NCBI GenBank assembly: GCA_048938895.1
Contig: JBHLLU010000015.1
Location: 1-64,000 of the forward strand
From: Promethearchaeota archaeon
GTDB lineage: Archaea; Asgardarchaeota; Lokiarchaeia; Sigyniarchaeales; SOKP01
DNA: 64,000 nucleotides
Reading direction: 5' to 3'
Below, piece by piece: positions 39,021-49,265 of the stretch (the first letter of the stretch is position 1; each line of letters begins with the position of its first letter). A program made the translations under genes and the position numbers. The notes under the pieces were generated by a model that saw only the letters and a list, made by a program, of their open reading frames with translations, had not been told where the DNA came from and ran no database searches.

Positions 39021-40607
39021 ATGGGAAATTTAAAGGTTCTTATTCTAGATAATCTTCATAAAGCTAGCATTGACATATTCACTCGGGAGGGGATTCAAGT
39101 AGATGTTAAAGGAACAATACCTCCAGAGGAACTTACTGATATTATTGATCATTATGATGGTATAGCTCTCCGAGGAGCTACGAATATAAGTGCTCAGATG
39201 TTTGATAAAATTACTCGTTTGAAGATTATAGGTCGTGCAGGTTCTGGAACCGATAACATTGATACTAAGGCAGCAACAAAAAGTGGCGTTGTTGTAATGA
39301 ATACACCTGGAGGAAATACTATAACTACGGGAGAACATGCTATTGCTTTAATATTTGCTCTTGCCCGTAAAGTACCACAAGCTTCTGCTTCTATGAAGGA
39401 AGGAAAATGGGAAAAGAAAAAATTTATAGGTACAGAACTCACTGATAAAATACTAGGAATTGTGGGTATTGGAAATATAGGAAAAGTTGTTGCTGAACGA
39501 GCTTTAGGACTTAAAATGGTCGTCCTCGGATATGATCCTTATGTTTCCAAGGAAGATATGTTGAAGTTAGGAATAGAACCTACCAATCTTGATGAAATTT
39601 ATTCTCGATCTGACTTCATTACTTATCATACTCCTCTTACCCCTGAAACAAAGGGTATGATCAATGCCCAAGCAATTGCAAAGATGAAAAAAGGAGTTTT
39701 TCTGATAAATTGTGCAAGAGGGGAATTAATTAATGAGAATGATCTCTTAAGTGCCCTTGAAACTTCCCATGTTCAAGGAGTTGCACTAGATGTATTCCCC
39801 ATAGAACCCCCCCCTACAGACAAATTACTATACAAACACCCTAACGTAATTCTTACTCCCCACTTAGGTGCTTCAACAAATGAAGCTCAAAAAAAAGTTG
39901 CTGTGTTAATTGCTGAACAAATTAGTGATTTACTTAAGAGGGGAGTGATTCGCAATTCAATTAATTTTCCGTCTGTCGCGGCTGAATTACTACCTATTTT
40001 GCAACCCTACCTTTTTCTTTGCGAGAAATTAGGATCATTTCATGGACAACTTCTTGAGACCCCACTCAATGAACTTCGTATAGAATATCTAGGGGAAGCT
40101 TCAAATCTCCTAATTGAACCACTTACTATCTCTGTTTTGAAGGGTATTCTTCAACATCAGACTGAAGAGGTCAATTTAGTAAATGCTCGTATGATAGCTG
40201 AAGAGCGGGGAATAAAAGTCACAGAAACCAAGTCAAGAAACGCAGAAAATTACACCAGCCTAATTCGTGTAGTTGCGCTAACTGAAAATGGCAAAACTTC
40301 AGTATCGGGAACCACTTTTGGAAAAATTTCAAAGATTATAAAAATTAATCTCTTTCCAATTGAAGCAGAATTGTTAGGAGGAATGTTAATGTTAGAAAAT
40401 TTAGATGTTCCAGGCGTTGTTGGTCGAGTGGGAACGTTTCTTGGTGAAAGAGATATCAACATAGCAGGATTTCAGTTAGGTCGTAAAGAAATAGGTGGTA
40501 CAGCAATATCTCTTATTAATGTAGATAATGATGTGTCTGAAGATGTACTACTCCAACTGACAAAACTGCCTAATGTCACTTCTGCAAAGTATCTAACTTT
40601 TAGATAG
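39021..40607 (+). CDS. serA: D-3-phosphoglycerate dehydrogenase (ASB + ACT domains)
   Basis: GRAGSGTDNID, GIVGIGNIG, NCARG, TPHLGAST, DVPGVVGRVG..NIA. Confidence 0.93.
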   Translation: MGNLKVLILDNLHKASIDIFTREGIQVDVKGTIPPEELTDIIDHYDGIALRGATNISAQMFDKITRLKIIGRAGSGTDNIDTKAATKSGVVVMNTPGGNTITTGEHAIALIFALARKVPQASASMKEGKWEKKKFIGTELTDKILGIVGIGNIGKVVAERALGLKMVVLGYDPYVSKEDMLKLGIEPTNLDEIYSRSDFITYHTPLTPETKGMINAQAIAKMKKGVFLINCARGELINENDLLSALETSHVQGVALDVFPIEPPPTDKLLYKHPNVILTPHLGASTNEAQKKVAVLIAEQISDLLKRGVIRNSINFPSVAAELLPILQPYLFLCEKLGSFHGQLLETPLNELRIEYLGEASNLLIEPLTISVLKGILQHQTEEVNLVNARMIAEERGIKVTETKSRNAENYTSLIRVVALTENGKTSVSGTTFGKISKIIKINLFPIEAELLGGMLMLENLDVPGVVGRVGTFLGERDINIAGFQLGRKEIGGTAISLINVDNDVSEDVLLQLTKLPNVTSAKYLTFR

Positions 40608-40860
40608 TGAGGTATCTATTAAAGATAATGCAGCAAAAATCTTTATAGATTCTACTTTAATCTCCTAATTTTTAGAATTTAACTTTTATACTACCAAGTA
40701 TCCAAGTTCATAATTAGTTTGCTTTATTTATAATAGACAAGATATATTTATAAGACAAAACTCCCCTAAAGACTACCAAGATTAAAGATTTATATATTCG
40801 AAACTAATCAGGAGATCATCTGCTATTTTAAAATAAATATTATGTAAATTTTTTTAAGAA

Positions 40861-41349
40861 ATGTGTACAAAAACTTACTTTAAAGAATATAAAAGAGAAA
40901 ATCTTGTATTAGACGAATTGAGAAAATTACCAGATCAATTTCTTCTTTTTAAAAATGTCTTTTTGCGCTTAAAGTGGCCGGTAACATATACTAAAACTTC
41001 TGAAACTATAAAATCATGTCAAATTGATTATGTAGTGATTGGTCCTCCTGGAATTGTTATTGTTGAAGCTAAGAAATGGGATGAATCTTTGTTCACAGAA
41101 TTGATCCCACACAAGGAAACAGATAAAGCAGGATTAATCGTATATATTAAACTCAAAGCCTACTTTAATAAAAAGATACCGATTTACAATATTGTCGCAA
41201 CATTAAAAAAAATACCAATTGTTCATTATGGGTTCGTTTATCAACTTTCAGTGTGGGATTTAACCACATTTATATATGATCAGGAAAGTTTTCTCTCAAA
41301 ATCGGAAATTCGCCAATTAGGGAAAATTTTTAAAAGAAAATTCAGTTAA
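40861..41349 (+). CDS. NERD-domain (PD-(D/E)xK-like) protein
   Basis: QIDYVVIGPPGIVIVEAKKW. Confidence 0.75.
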   Translation: MCTKTYFKEYKRENLVLDELRKLPDQFLLFKNVFLRLKWPVTYTKTSETIKSCQIDYVVIGPPGIVIVEAKKWDESLFTELIPHKETDKAGLIVYIKLKAYFNKKIPIYNIVATLKKIPIVHYGFVYQLSVWDLTTFIYDQESFLSKSEIRQLGKIFKRKFS

Positions 41350-41390
41350 AGCATTTTCTGTATGTTATTAAATCAAAAATATTTGATTAG

Positions 41391-43544
41391 TTATATTAAT
41401 TCCATTTTTTCTTCACAATACGGACAATGTAGAGGAAGTTGTTCCTCACAAGTTTCCAATTCATCATTGTTAATAATATTTTTCCAACAAACCAATTTAT
41501 CTCCTTTTTGAACCATGTCACGACCATGATGTTGTGGAATAATATTCTTAGTTTGGCAATTTTCACAAATTATTAATTTAGCTTTATTTTCTATCTCTTC
41601 TTGAGGGATTTCTTTGTATTGGAACTTATATCTAAATATCGTCATGCTATTGAGCATAATAGCGAGACTTAAACCCATATCTCCAATTCCTACTGCAAAC
41701 CAGAGGTTCATTAAACCAATAACTGTAAGTATAGCAAAGGAAACTTTAATTATAATAGATACCCAGATGTTTTGTTTAATTTTCTTATTTGTCTTTTTCG
41801 AAACGTCAACATATGTAAGAATTTTTTTTAGATCGTCGTTAATTATTATGATATCTGCGGTTTCAAGAGTTATATCCGTTGCAGAGGCACCAATTGCTAT
41901 TCCCAAATCTGAGAGAGCTAAAGCAGGAGCATCATTTATTCCATCACCAACCATTGCCACACCTTTATAATCTTCTTTCATTTTCTGGATCTCTTTTAGT
42001 TTTTGATCTGGTAATTGTTCCCCATAACTATGATCTATATCTAGGCAGCTTCCTATTGAATTGCAAACCCTTTGATTATCACCGGATATTAAAACAGTTT
42101 CATATCCTCTTTTCTTTAGACCAGCAATCAGAATTGGTGCTGTAACCCTTAAAACATCTCTAATTGAGAGGATTCCAATTAGATTCTTTGAATTTCCTAA
42201 TAGAATCGGAATAGTACCGGCCTCTTCGATTCCTTTAATATCTTCAATAGGGAGCTTATACTTAAGTTCTTCAATAAAATTTTTACTTCCTACATAGAAT
42301 AATTCTCCATTGATTTCCCCTTTTATGCCTTTCCCTTTAATTACCTCAAATTTATCTACACTATGAAATGGTAAATTTAGATCTTTTGCCTGTTGAACTA
42401 TTGTTTTACCAATTGGATGTTCTGATAATGCTTCCAAACTTGCCGCAATACTAATAACATCCAATTTTGAAGCACTATTGTATGTAAAAACATCAAATAA
42501 TTTTAATTTACCTTCAGTGAGAGTACCAGTTTTATCAAAAGCAAATACTTCTATATTTTGGATTTGCTCAATAAATTTATTTCCTTTAACTAGTATCCCT
42601 TCTCTTGCTTGTTTCGTTAGGGAAGCGACATTAGCTAATGGAGTAGATAGAGTTAAGGCACAAGGACAAGAAACAACCAATAAAACTAACCCTCGATAAA
42701 ACCATTCATAAAAACTTAAATTAAATATGAATGGGATAATCATAACAAAAATTGAAGATAAAAGAATAATTGGAGTATAGTACTTTGCAAATTTCTCAAT
42801 GAATTTTTCATTTTTGCTTTTATTTTGCTGAGCAATTTTAACACTCTCAGCGATTTGGGCTACAATTGTATTTGTGCTTTCTCGTGTAACTTTTATATCG
42901 ACAAAGCTATCAGAATTTAAACTTGCAGCAAAAATTTCATTACCTTCTTTTTTATACACTGGAACAGACTCACCTGTTATCGCACTTTCATCAAAATATG
43001 AGCTTCCCTTTACAATAATTCCATCTAAAGGAACTTTCATTCCTGGTTTAATCCCTACAATATCATCTATCTGTATCTCCTTAGATGGAACATTTATATA
43101 CCCTTCTTCTGTTTTTAACAATGCATCATCAGGTGCTAATTCGAGTAATTCTTTAATTGCATTTCTTGATTTGTCCGCAGTTATTTCTTCTAGTCTTTCC
43201 GCAATTGCATACAACAATAAGGCTGTTGCTCCTTCCTGCCCATGAAATATAAAAAATGCGGCAATAGCGGCTATTAACATTAGTAAATTTGCAGTAATTT
43301 TCTTATGTCTCACATCTTCGATTGCCTCTTTTACCACTCCCGAACCTGAAAGAAAAATAGAAACCATGGCGAGAAATTGGTCAAGAAAAATTAATTTAAA
43401 AAAAAATCCGATAAAAATAGATATTGCTAAGATTATTCCTGCTGGTATTAGAAAATACCAGAAGTGTTCCTCGAAAAATGATTCTTCCTTATGGTCTTCC
43501 CATTCTTCCTCGCAAAAAGATGATGAACATTCTATTGTAGTAAT
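41391..43544 (-). CDS. P1B-type heavy-metal (Zn/Cd-like) ATPase; N-terminus extended 59 codons beyond the track ORF
   Basis: TGES, SCPCAL, DKTGTLT, SEHP, GDGINDAPAL. The in-frame extension ITTIECSSSFCEEEWEDHKEE...FLIPAGIILAISIFIGFFF supplies the first TM; AGGTGA SD at 43556-43551 before ATT 43544. Confidence 0.88.
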   Translation of the reverse strand: MTTIECSSSFCEEEWEDHKEESFFEEHFWYFLIPAGIILAISIFIGFFFKLIFLDQFLAMVSIFLSGSGVVKEAIEDVRHKKITANLLMLIAAIAAFFIFHGQEGATALLLYAIAERLEEITADKSRNAIKELLELAPDDALLKTEEGYINVPSKEIQIDDIVGIKPGMKVPLDGIIVKGSSYFDESAITGESVPVYKKEGNEIFAASLNSDSFVDIKVTRESTNTIVAQIAESVKIAQQNKSKNEKFIEKFAKYYTPIILLSSIFVMIIPFIFNLSFYEWFYRGLVLLVVSCPCALTLSTPLANVASLTKQAREGILVKGNKFIEQIQNIEVFAFDKTGTLTEGKLKLFDVFTYNSASKLDVISIAASLEALSEHPIGKTIVQQAKDLNLPFHSVDKFEVIKGKGIKGEINGELFYVGSKNFIEELKYKLPIEDIKGIEEAGTIPILLGNSKNLIGILSIRDVLRVTAPILIAGLKKRGYETVLISGDNQRVCNSIGSCLDIDHSYGEQLPDQKLKEIQKMKEDYKGVAMVGDGINDAPALALSDLGIAIGASATDITLETADIIIINDDLKKILTYVDVSKKTNKKIKQNIWVSIIIKVSFAILTVIGLMNLWFAVGIGDMGLSLAIMLNSMTIFRYKFQYKEIPQEEIENKAKLIICENCQTKNIIPQHHGRDMVQKGDKLVCWKNIINNDELETCEEQLPLHCPYCEEKMELI

Positions 43545-43808
43545 CGACTATCACCTATGTAAAAGTTATATCTCTTTCAATTAGAATTTACCATTTATAT
43601 GCTATAAAATCATAAATCTGAGTTGAGTATATATTTAATCATTTTTCAAATATTTCTTATTTTATATAAAAAGTATTTCTTATTCTAATTACACTCCAAT
43701 AAAACAAATATATATATCATAAATTCTTTTAAAGCAATCTTACTTCTTAGATGTTAAGATATCTAAAAAATTTAAATTATGCTTTAGAGGATTAGGCGAA
43801 AACCAAGA

Positions 43809-45908
43809 ATGCCTTTCATGCCTGAAGATATGGAAAGTATAATCAAGCTTAATAATGAAGGAAAAATTGAAGAGCTACTAAATTTTTTCAGCAATTTTGA
43901 AAAGAGAGAGGATTTTTCACAGGAAGATAAACTTAGGTTAAAAATTTATAAGTGTATATGTTTTCAAGGTTTATCCAGATTAGAAGAAGCTCTTAAACTT
44001 TCAGAGGAAGCGTATCAGGAGAGTAAAAAACTGGAAAAACCGCTCATATTAATTGATGCCATCTTCAATAGATTTATGATTTTGACTGTCCTTGGTCGAC
44101 GCAAAGGATTTTGGAAAAATGTTGTGGAAGTTGAAAAGATTCTTAAAACTGCTATAAAAGCATCTTCTTCTGAAATTAATGAACGGAAAGCACTCTTAAA
44201 TAACATGAAGGGTCATATTTATCGTTTCGAAGGCCAATTGGTTTCGGCATTAGAATGTTTTAAAGAAAGCCTAGCAGTTTTAGAAAAACTAAATCCTCTT
44301 GATAATCCCACTTTTTATATTGTACGCGGTACTATAATGATGATTGGATTAGGTTATCAAACTAAAGGAGAACTAGAACTTGCCTTAAATTACTATAAAA
44401 AATGTATCGAATTTCAGAAACCTAATAACTTTTCTTCCAAACTTATAGATGCCATATGTTTTAATCAAATAGGTGGGACTTACTTTCAACAAGGTGATAT
44501 AGATAAGGCGATTGAGCATTCTAAAAGAGGTTTAGAAACGTTAGAAGAATTCTTATCTTACAATTATACCGGCTCTGTTTTTGCGTCACTTATATATTAT
44601 TTCTTGGAGAAAAAAAATCTTGAAAAGGCACAAGAGTACTTGCAACGGTTCCATAAGTATATTGAGAAGAGTAAGGGTGATGAGAATTTCCCTTCATACA
44701 AACTTGCAAAAGCTTTAATCTTAAAATCGAGCTCTAGAACACGGGATCGGGCTGAGGCAGAAATTCTTCTAAAAGAAGTCATAGATTTTCCTCTTACAAG
44801 AAAAGATACAGATATTAGCGCTAGTATAGATGAAAGTAAAACTGCCCTTATGGTACTGTGCGATTTATATCTAAATGAATTACGCTCAACCAATAATTTG
44901 AAAATATTGGATGACATTGAACCCCTTATTGAAAAATTACTTGTTCATTTAAAAAACTCAAACTCTTTCAGAGACCAAGCTTATATATATTTATTAAAAG
45001 GACAAATAGCCTTACTCCAGATGAATATGGGAGAAGCTAGGCGTTATTTAACAGAAGCTCAGAAGATAGCTGAAGACCACAAATTAAACTTATTAGCTCG
45101 TGCAATATCGCATGAGCATGATAAATTATTGATGCAAATGGATGCCTGGGAAAATATAAAGAAACAAAATATATCATTAAAAGATAAAATGGATTTAATT
45201 TCAATAGAAAAAACTGTAGAAATTATACTTCAAAAACGTGGAATTATGTCACCAGAATTGACCGAGGAGATTCCTACTCTGCTTTTAATAATTACGGAAC
45301 TTGGTGTCCCAATCCTTTCTAAAATATTTACAAAAGAAAAAAGTTTTAATGAAGGATTTATTAGCAAATTTTTAACTATGTTTAATACCTTTAGTGAACA
45401 AATCTTTTCTGAAGGTATTGATAGGGCTACGTTTGGAGATTACACGTTAGTAATGGAACCCATAAACTCTTTTTCTCTGTGTTATGTATTCAAAGGTCAA
45501 TCATATACTGCAAAGCAAAAATTAACTTCTTTTAGCGAGAAAGTACGAAACAATACACTCTTATGGCAAATTATTAAAGATTTCGATAATAATAATCAAA
45601 CTATTGGATTGAATAATAATGCTATAGAATCACTGATAACCGAGATTTTCCTTAGAAAAACAATTAAAATCACAGAAAGTGAAGTCGTAATCCAAAAAGA
45701 GAAAAAAATTTGTATAGTGTGTAAAAGCAAAGTGATAAAATATTTCTATGTATGTGAATGTGGTGCTATTTACTGTGAAAATTGTGCTCGGTCAATTAGT
45801 GATTTAGAAAATTTATGTTGGGCTTGTAATATACCAATTGATTATTCAAAACCAGTCAAATATGTTAAAAAAGAGCTCAAAAACAACGGAAAAAAAAAAC
45901 GTGAATAA
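43809..45908 (+). CDS. TPR + longin-like + C-terminal RING-like zinc finger protein
   Basis: TPR units; TLLLIITELGVPILSKIF..FISKFLTMFNTFSEQIF (longin-like); CIVC..CECGAIYCENC..CWAC. Confidence 0.75.
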   Translation: MPFMPEDMESIIKLNNEGKIEELLNFFSNFEKREDFSQEDKLRLKIYKCICFQGLSRLEEALKLSEEAYQESKKLEKPLILIDAIFNRFMILTVLGRRKGFWKNVVEVEKILKTAIKASSSEINERKALLNNMKGHIYRFEGQLVSALECFKESLAVLEKLNPLDNPTFYIVRGTIMMIGLGYQTKGELELALNYYKKCIEFQKPNNFSSKLIDAICFNQIGGTYFQQGDIDKAIEHSKRGLETLEEFLSYNYTGSVFASLIYYFLEKKNLEKAQEYLQRFHKYIEKSKGDENFPSYKLAKALILKSSSRTRDRAEAEILLKEVIDFPLTRKDTDISASIDESKTALMVLCDLYLNELRSTNNLKILDDIEPLIEKLLVHLKNSNSFRDQAYIYLLKGQIALLQMNMGEARRYLTEAQKIAEDHKLNLLARAISHEHDKLLMQMDAWENIKKQNISLKDKMDLISIEKTVEIILQKRGIMSPELTEEIPTLLLIITELGVPILSKIFTKEKSFNEGFISKFLTMFNTFSEQIFSEGIDRATFGDYTLVMEPINSFSLCYVFKGQSYTAKQKLTSFSEKVRNNTLLWQIIKDFDNNNQTIGLNNNAIESLITEIFLRKTIKITESEVVIQKEKKICIVCKSKVIKYFYVCECGAIYCENCARSISDLENLCWACNIPIDYSKPVKYVKKELKNNGKKKRE

Positions 45909-45915
45909 TTTATTT

Positions 45916-47556
45916 CTAATCTTCATCCAAATCAATAATATTTCCGATATTTAGAGTTAAAGATGGATCGAGAGCTTTCTTGATTTGACACATCTCATCG
46001 AGATCATTTTGACTATACATAATTTTTAAATATTCCTTTTTTATTTTTCCAATTCCATGCTCTGCAGATATAGATCCACCATAATCTACTGCCTTTTTCG
46101 CAAATTTTTTATAGATTTCTTCTCCCAATTGCAACTCTTTCATGTTTTTAGGAAGAATATTTACATGAACATGATTGTCACCTAAATGACCAAATATTAC
46201 ATATTCAAGATTTGCTTTGCGTAAAGTGGAATGATAATAATGCATCATGTCTCTAAACCGATTTTCAGGTACGCTCATATCAGTTCCGAGTTTGTGCAAC
46301 TCTGGGAAATTCTGTTTACGTTTAGCGATTGTTGCATTAATATACTCTGGTAATGCATGTCTAAAATCTTTAAATCTTGTAGAATCCTGATCCTCAAAAC
46401 TTGACCAGCCATTTGATAAATCTGCATTACAATTGTCTGTCATCTTAGTTAATTCATCAAAAATTTGATCCAACTTTTCCTCAGAATAATCTAAATCAAA
46501 GAAAATTGCTGATTTAGCATCTAAGGGAATTAAAGGTATATCTAAAGTTCTAGGTTCTTCCTTTTGAACTTTTTTCATAAGATTCAGGGATTCTTTTGAA
46601 AAGAATTCTATAAATTCTGGGCACAAAACACTATTCCTTTTCAGTAATTTACCAAAATTAATAGCATCCTCTTCAGAATTAAAGAATAATACATTATACA
46701 TTAATCTTTTCTTTTCAATAATCCAAATCTCTATTCGAGTAATGATTCCTAAAATCCCTTCACTACCAATAAATAAATCGATTAAATCCATTTCAGGTTC
46801 TGAATAAATTCCAGCCGCATTTTTCACTGATGTGTTGAAGGAATAATTTGGAATTTTGTAGCGAACTTTTTCTCCATTAGGATTATTTATAATAAAAACG
46901 CCTTCTTCTGAGGCAAAATGTTCTCCTCGCTGGATGTCTAAAATGTCTCCATTACTTAAAATAATCCTTAATCCCTTGATCCATTCTCTCGTGGATCCGT
47001 ACTTCAGAGTTCTTGCTCCAGAAGCATTGGTAGCAACTGTTCCCCCAATAGTAGCAGTCATTTCAGTTGGATCAACTGGATAATGAAATTTTTCTTTTGT
47101 ATCTTTAAATTGTTTAATAGCATTAGGAGTCAAATCTGCTACATTTTCAATTTTTTTTTTTGCTAAAATTTCGTTTATCTCATTTAAAGTGATCCCTGGT
47201 TCGACTTGAATAAAATAATGGCTTTTATTAGAATCAAAACCAAATCCAATTAATCGATTCATTTTTTCAATAGATAAAACAGAACCAGAATTGGGAACGC
47301 TTGCTCCCACAATTCCTGTGCGAGCAGCACTAATATAAGTTCTAATATTATTAACACGTAGAAAATTTAATACGCATAATATTTCAGCTTCTGATTTTGG
47401 AAAAAATAACCAGTCTGCCATACCTTCTGATTTACTCTCATCTATGAGATATGCTGGAAAATCTTTTAAGATTTTAGATTTTCCATGAATGAAATAAATA
47501 TCATCAAATTTAATATCTATATCTAGCTTAATTGAGTTAATAATATTACTCAACAA
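45916..47556 (-). CDS. FAD-linked oxidase (GlcD/D-lactate dehydrogenase family)
   Basis: ATIGGTVATNASG, GSEGILGII, FGHLGDNHVHVN, SAEHGIGK. Confidence 0.88.
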   Translation of the reverse strand: MLSNIINSIKLDIDIKFDDIYFIHGKSKILKDFPAYLIDESKSEGMADWLFFPKSEAEILCVLNFLRVNNIRTYISAARTGIVGASVPNSGSVLSIEKMNRLIGFGFDSNKSHYFIQVEPGITLNEINEILAKKKIENVADLTPNAIKQFKDTKEKFHYPVDPTEMTATIGGTVATNASGARTLKYGSTREWIKGLRIILSNGDILDIQRGEHFASEEGVFIINNPNGEKVRYKIPNYSFNTSVKNAAGIYSEPEMDLIDLFIGSEGILGIITRIEIWIIEKKRLMYNVLFFNSEEDAINFGKLLKRNSVLCPEFIEFFSKESLNLMKKVQKEEPRTLDIPLIPLDAKSAIFFDLDYSEEKLDQIFDELTKMTDNCNADLSNGWSSFEDQDSTRFKDFRHALPEYINATIAKRKQNFPELHKLGTDMSVPENRFRDMMHYYHSTLRKANLEYVIFGHLGDNHVHVNILPKNMKELQLGEEIYKKFAKKAVDYGGSISAEHGIGKIKKEYLKIMYSQNDLDEMCQIKKALDPSLTLNIGNIIDLDED

Positions 47557-47658
47557 ATTATTTATAAGTCTATTTAAGATTAAATATAGTATAATTGAAT
47601 AATTTTATGTTGAATTATGAGTTTGAATTTTAAAGGAATAACGAATTAAAATCGAAAT

Positions 47659-48555
47659 TCATTTAATTATATAAACCAATTTTTCCCCTTCTTGTTCTTC
47701 TAGGTTTAAATCACGTCTAACTGCATTCCTAACTAAATAACCAGCAACGTGGAGAATTGAGTCTTTTAAAATAGAGTCTTGATCCATTGAGGCATTACAA
47801 GGATAGGCATGATGGGCTTTACTTATTCTTTCATTCAATGAAAGTTTACCGCTTTTACCATTCTTAAAGTATTTTGATTTTAACTGTTGACAGATATAAT
47901 ATGTACTGCCACAAGGTGCTGATTGTAACACACACTTATCTTCAATAGATTCTCCATCCTTACTTAACAGGAAAGAAATAATTGGAACTCCAATTTTAAA
48001 ATGATCAATAAACTTATGCACATTAATGTGCTCCTTTGTAAGATGAAATCCAATTTTATTATGTTCATTTAATTCCTTACTCAGGGCGCAAAAAGGTTTA
48101 GGAAACGCAGCCTGAATACCATTTTTTTCAAAATCTTCAAGAACCTGGACTTGTAGTCCTGCTGGGACCCACTTGGGATTTTCAATTGGTATTATTACTG
48201 CCTTCAAATTTTCTCTATTTTTAAGATAATTGGGGAGACCAGACAATAAATCTTGGTGGATCCCAACAATTAGTATGAAATCTACAGATGGAAGATTTTT
48301 TGGGAGAAAGTCTTCAGGTTCTTCAATAAAATCTGGAACATTTTCACCAACTTTTTCATAAAAATAAATTGAACTTGAGAAACTCTTTAAATGTTCCCTA
48401 CATTTATCACACTTTACATTTAACTCTAAGTCCTCACAAGCTTTACAGAATTCTTCACTATTTATGAGATTTCCAACAAATTTTTGTGCTAGCATCTCAG
48501 TATCAGGATCAGTCCCATACAAAATCCCAATCGTATAATTTTTGTCAGTCAACAT
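47659..48555 (-). CDS. DUF166 family protein
   Basis: FPKPFCAL, QSAPCGST, HHAYPCNASM, LHVAG. Confidence 0.75.
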   Translation of the reverse strand: MLTDKNYTIGILYGTDPDTEMLAQKFVGNLINSEEFCKACEDLELNVKCDKCREHLKSFSSSIYFYEKVGENVPDFIEEPEDFLPKNLPSVDFILIVGIHQDLLSGLPNYLKNRENLKAVIIPIENPKWVPAGLQVQVLEDFEKNGIQAAFPKPFCALSKELNEHNKIGFHLTKEHINVHKFIDHFKIGVPIISFLLSKDGESIEDKCVLQSAPCGSTYYICQQLKSKYFKNGKSGKLSLNERISKAHHAYPCNASMDQDSILKDSILHVAGYLVRNAVRRDLNLEEQEGEKLVYIIK

Positions 48556-48677
48556 TAGAAGGAAACTAATTAGTGTTTTTATTTGTATTTTTAATAATTT
48601 ATAACAGATTTAAGAGTTTAGCTGAACATGTTCATATTTTAAAACAAATTTTATTCATCATAAAGATTCAATATTTT

Positions 48678-49139
48678 CTAAGACTCTTCATAGGAAGCCA
48701 TTGTACTCTTACTTTCTCCTACTTTCACCACAATAGTTTTATTTGGGTAAAGTTCTTTTAATTTAGTATGAATATATTTTGCTAACAATTCACTAGTAGT
48801 TGCAGGCAAAGGGAGAAAAAAGATGTCAGTGCGTGGAAATACATATCTCTTTCCAGATGAAATTATTTCTACTGAATAATCGTCTTCATTGTTTATCTTT
48901 AAATCCTTTGACTTCTCAGGGATTAATATATAATGATCTAAGGGACTAATTATTTCACTTAACCTTTTATTCAATTCAATGAAATCTACCACGAAATAAT
49001 TATTATCAAGTTTATCACCTATCTCAACAGACACATAATAATTATGACCATGAAGCCTTGAACATTGATCAGGCTCTTTTAGGAAATGACATGCACTAAA
49101 CTTTATTTCCGTTGAGTCCAAAAAAACTTTATGCCCCAT
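48678..49139 (-). CDS. queD: 6-carboxytetrahydropterin synthase
   Basis: FSACHF...CSRLHGHNY, DF, LDH, TTSELLA, V.VGES. Confidence 0.88.
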   Translation of the reverse strand: MGHKVFLDSTEIKFSACHFLKEPDQCSRLHGHNYYVSVEIGDKLDNNYFVVDFIELNKRLSEIISPLDHYILIPEKSKDLKINNEDDYSVEIISSGKRYVFPRTDIFFLPLPATTSELLAKYIHTKLKELYPNKTIVVKVGESKSTMASYEES

Positions 49140-49265
49140 AATTCTAACTAATTAGATTATTCTTTAAAATAGTTTGGATTATTATAGTTTTTATAATTTA
49201 TGTTTAAAAACAATAAATATAAGGAAAAGATCAATTCATATAGATATATTTTATTTTGAATAAAT

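Noticed and set aside
43366-43584. 72-aa plus-strand ORF from the track
   Set aside because: It is the antisense shadow of the ATPase N-terminal extension
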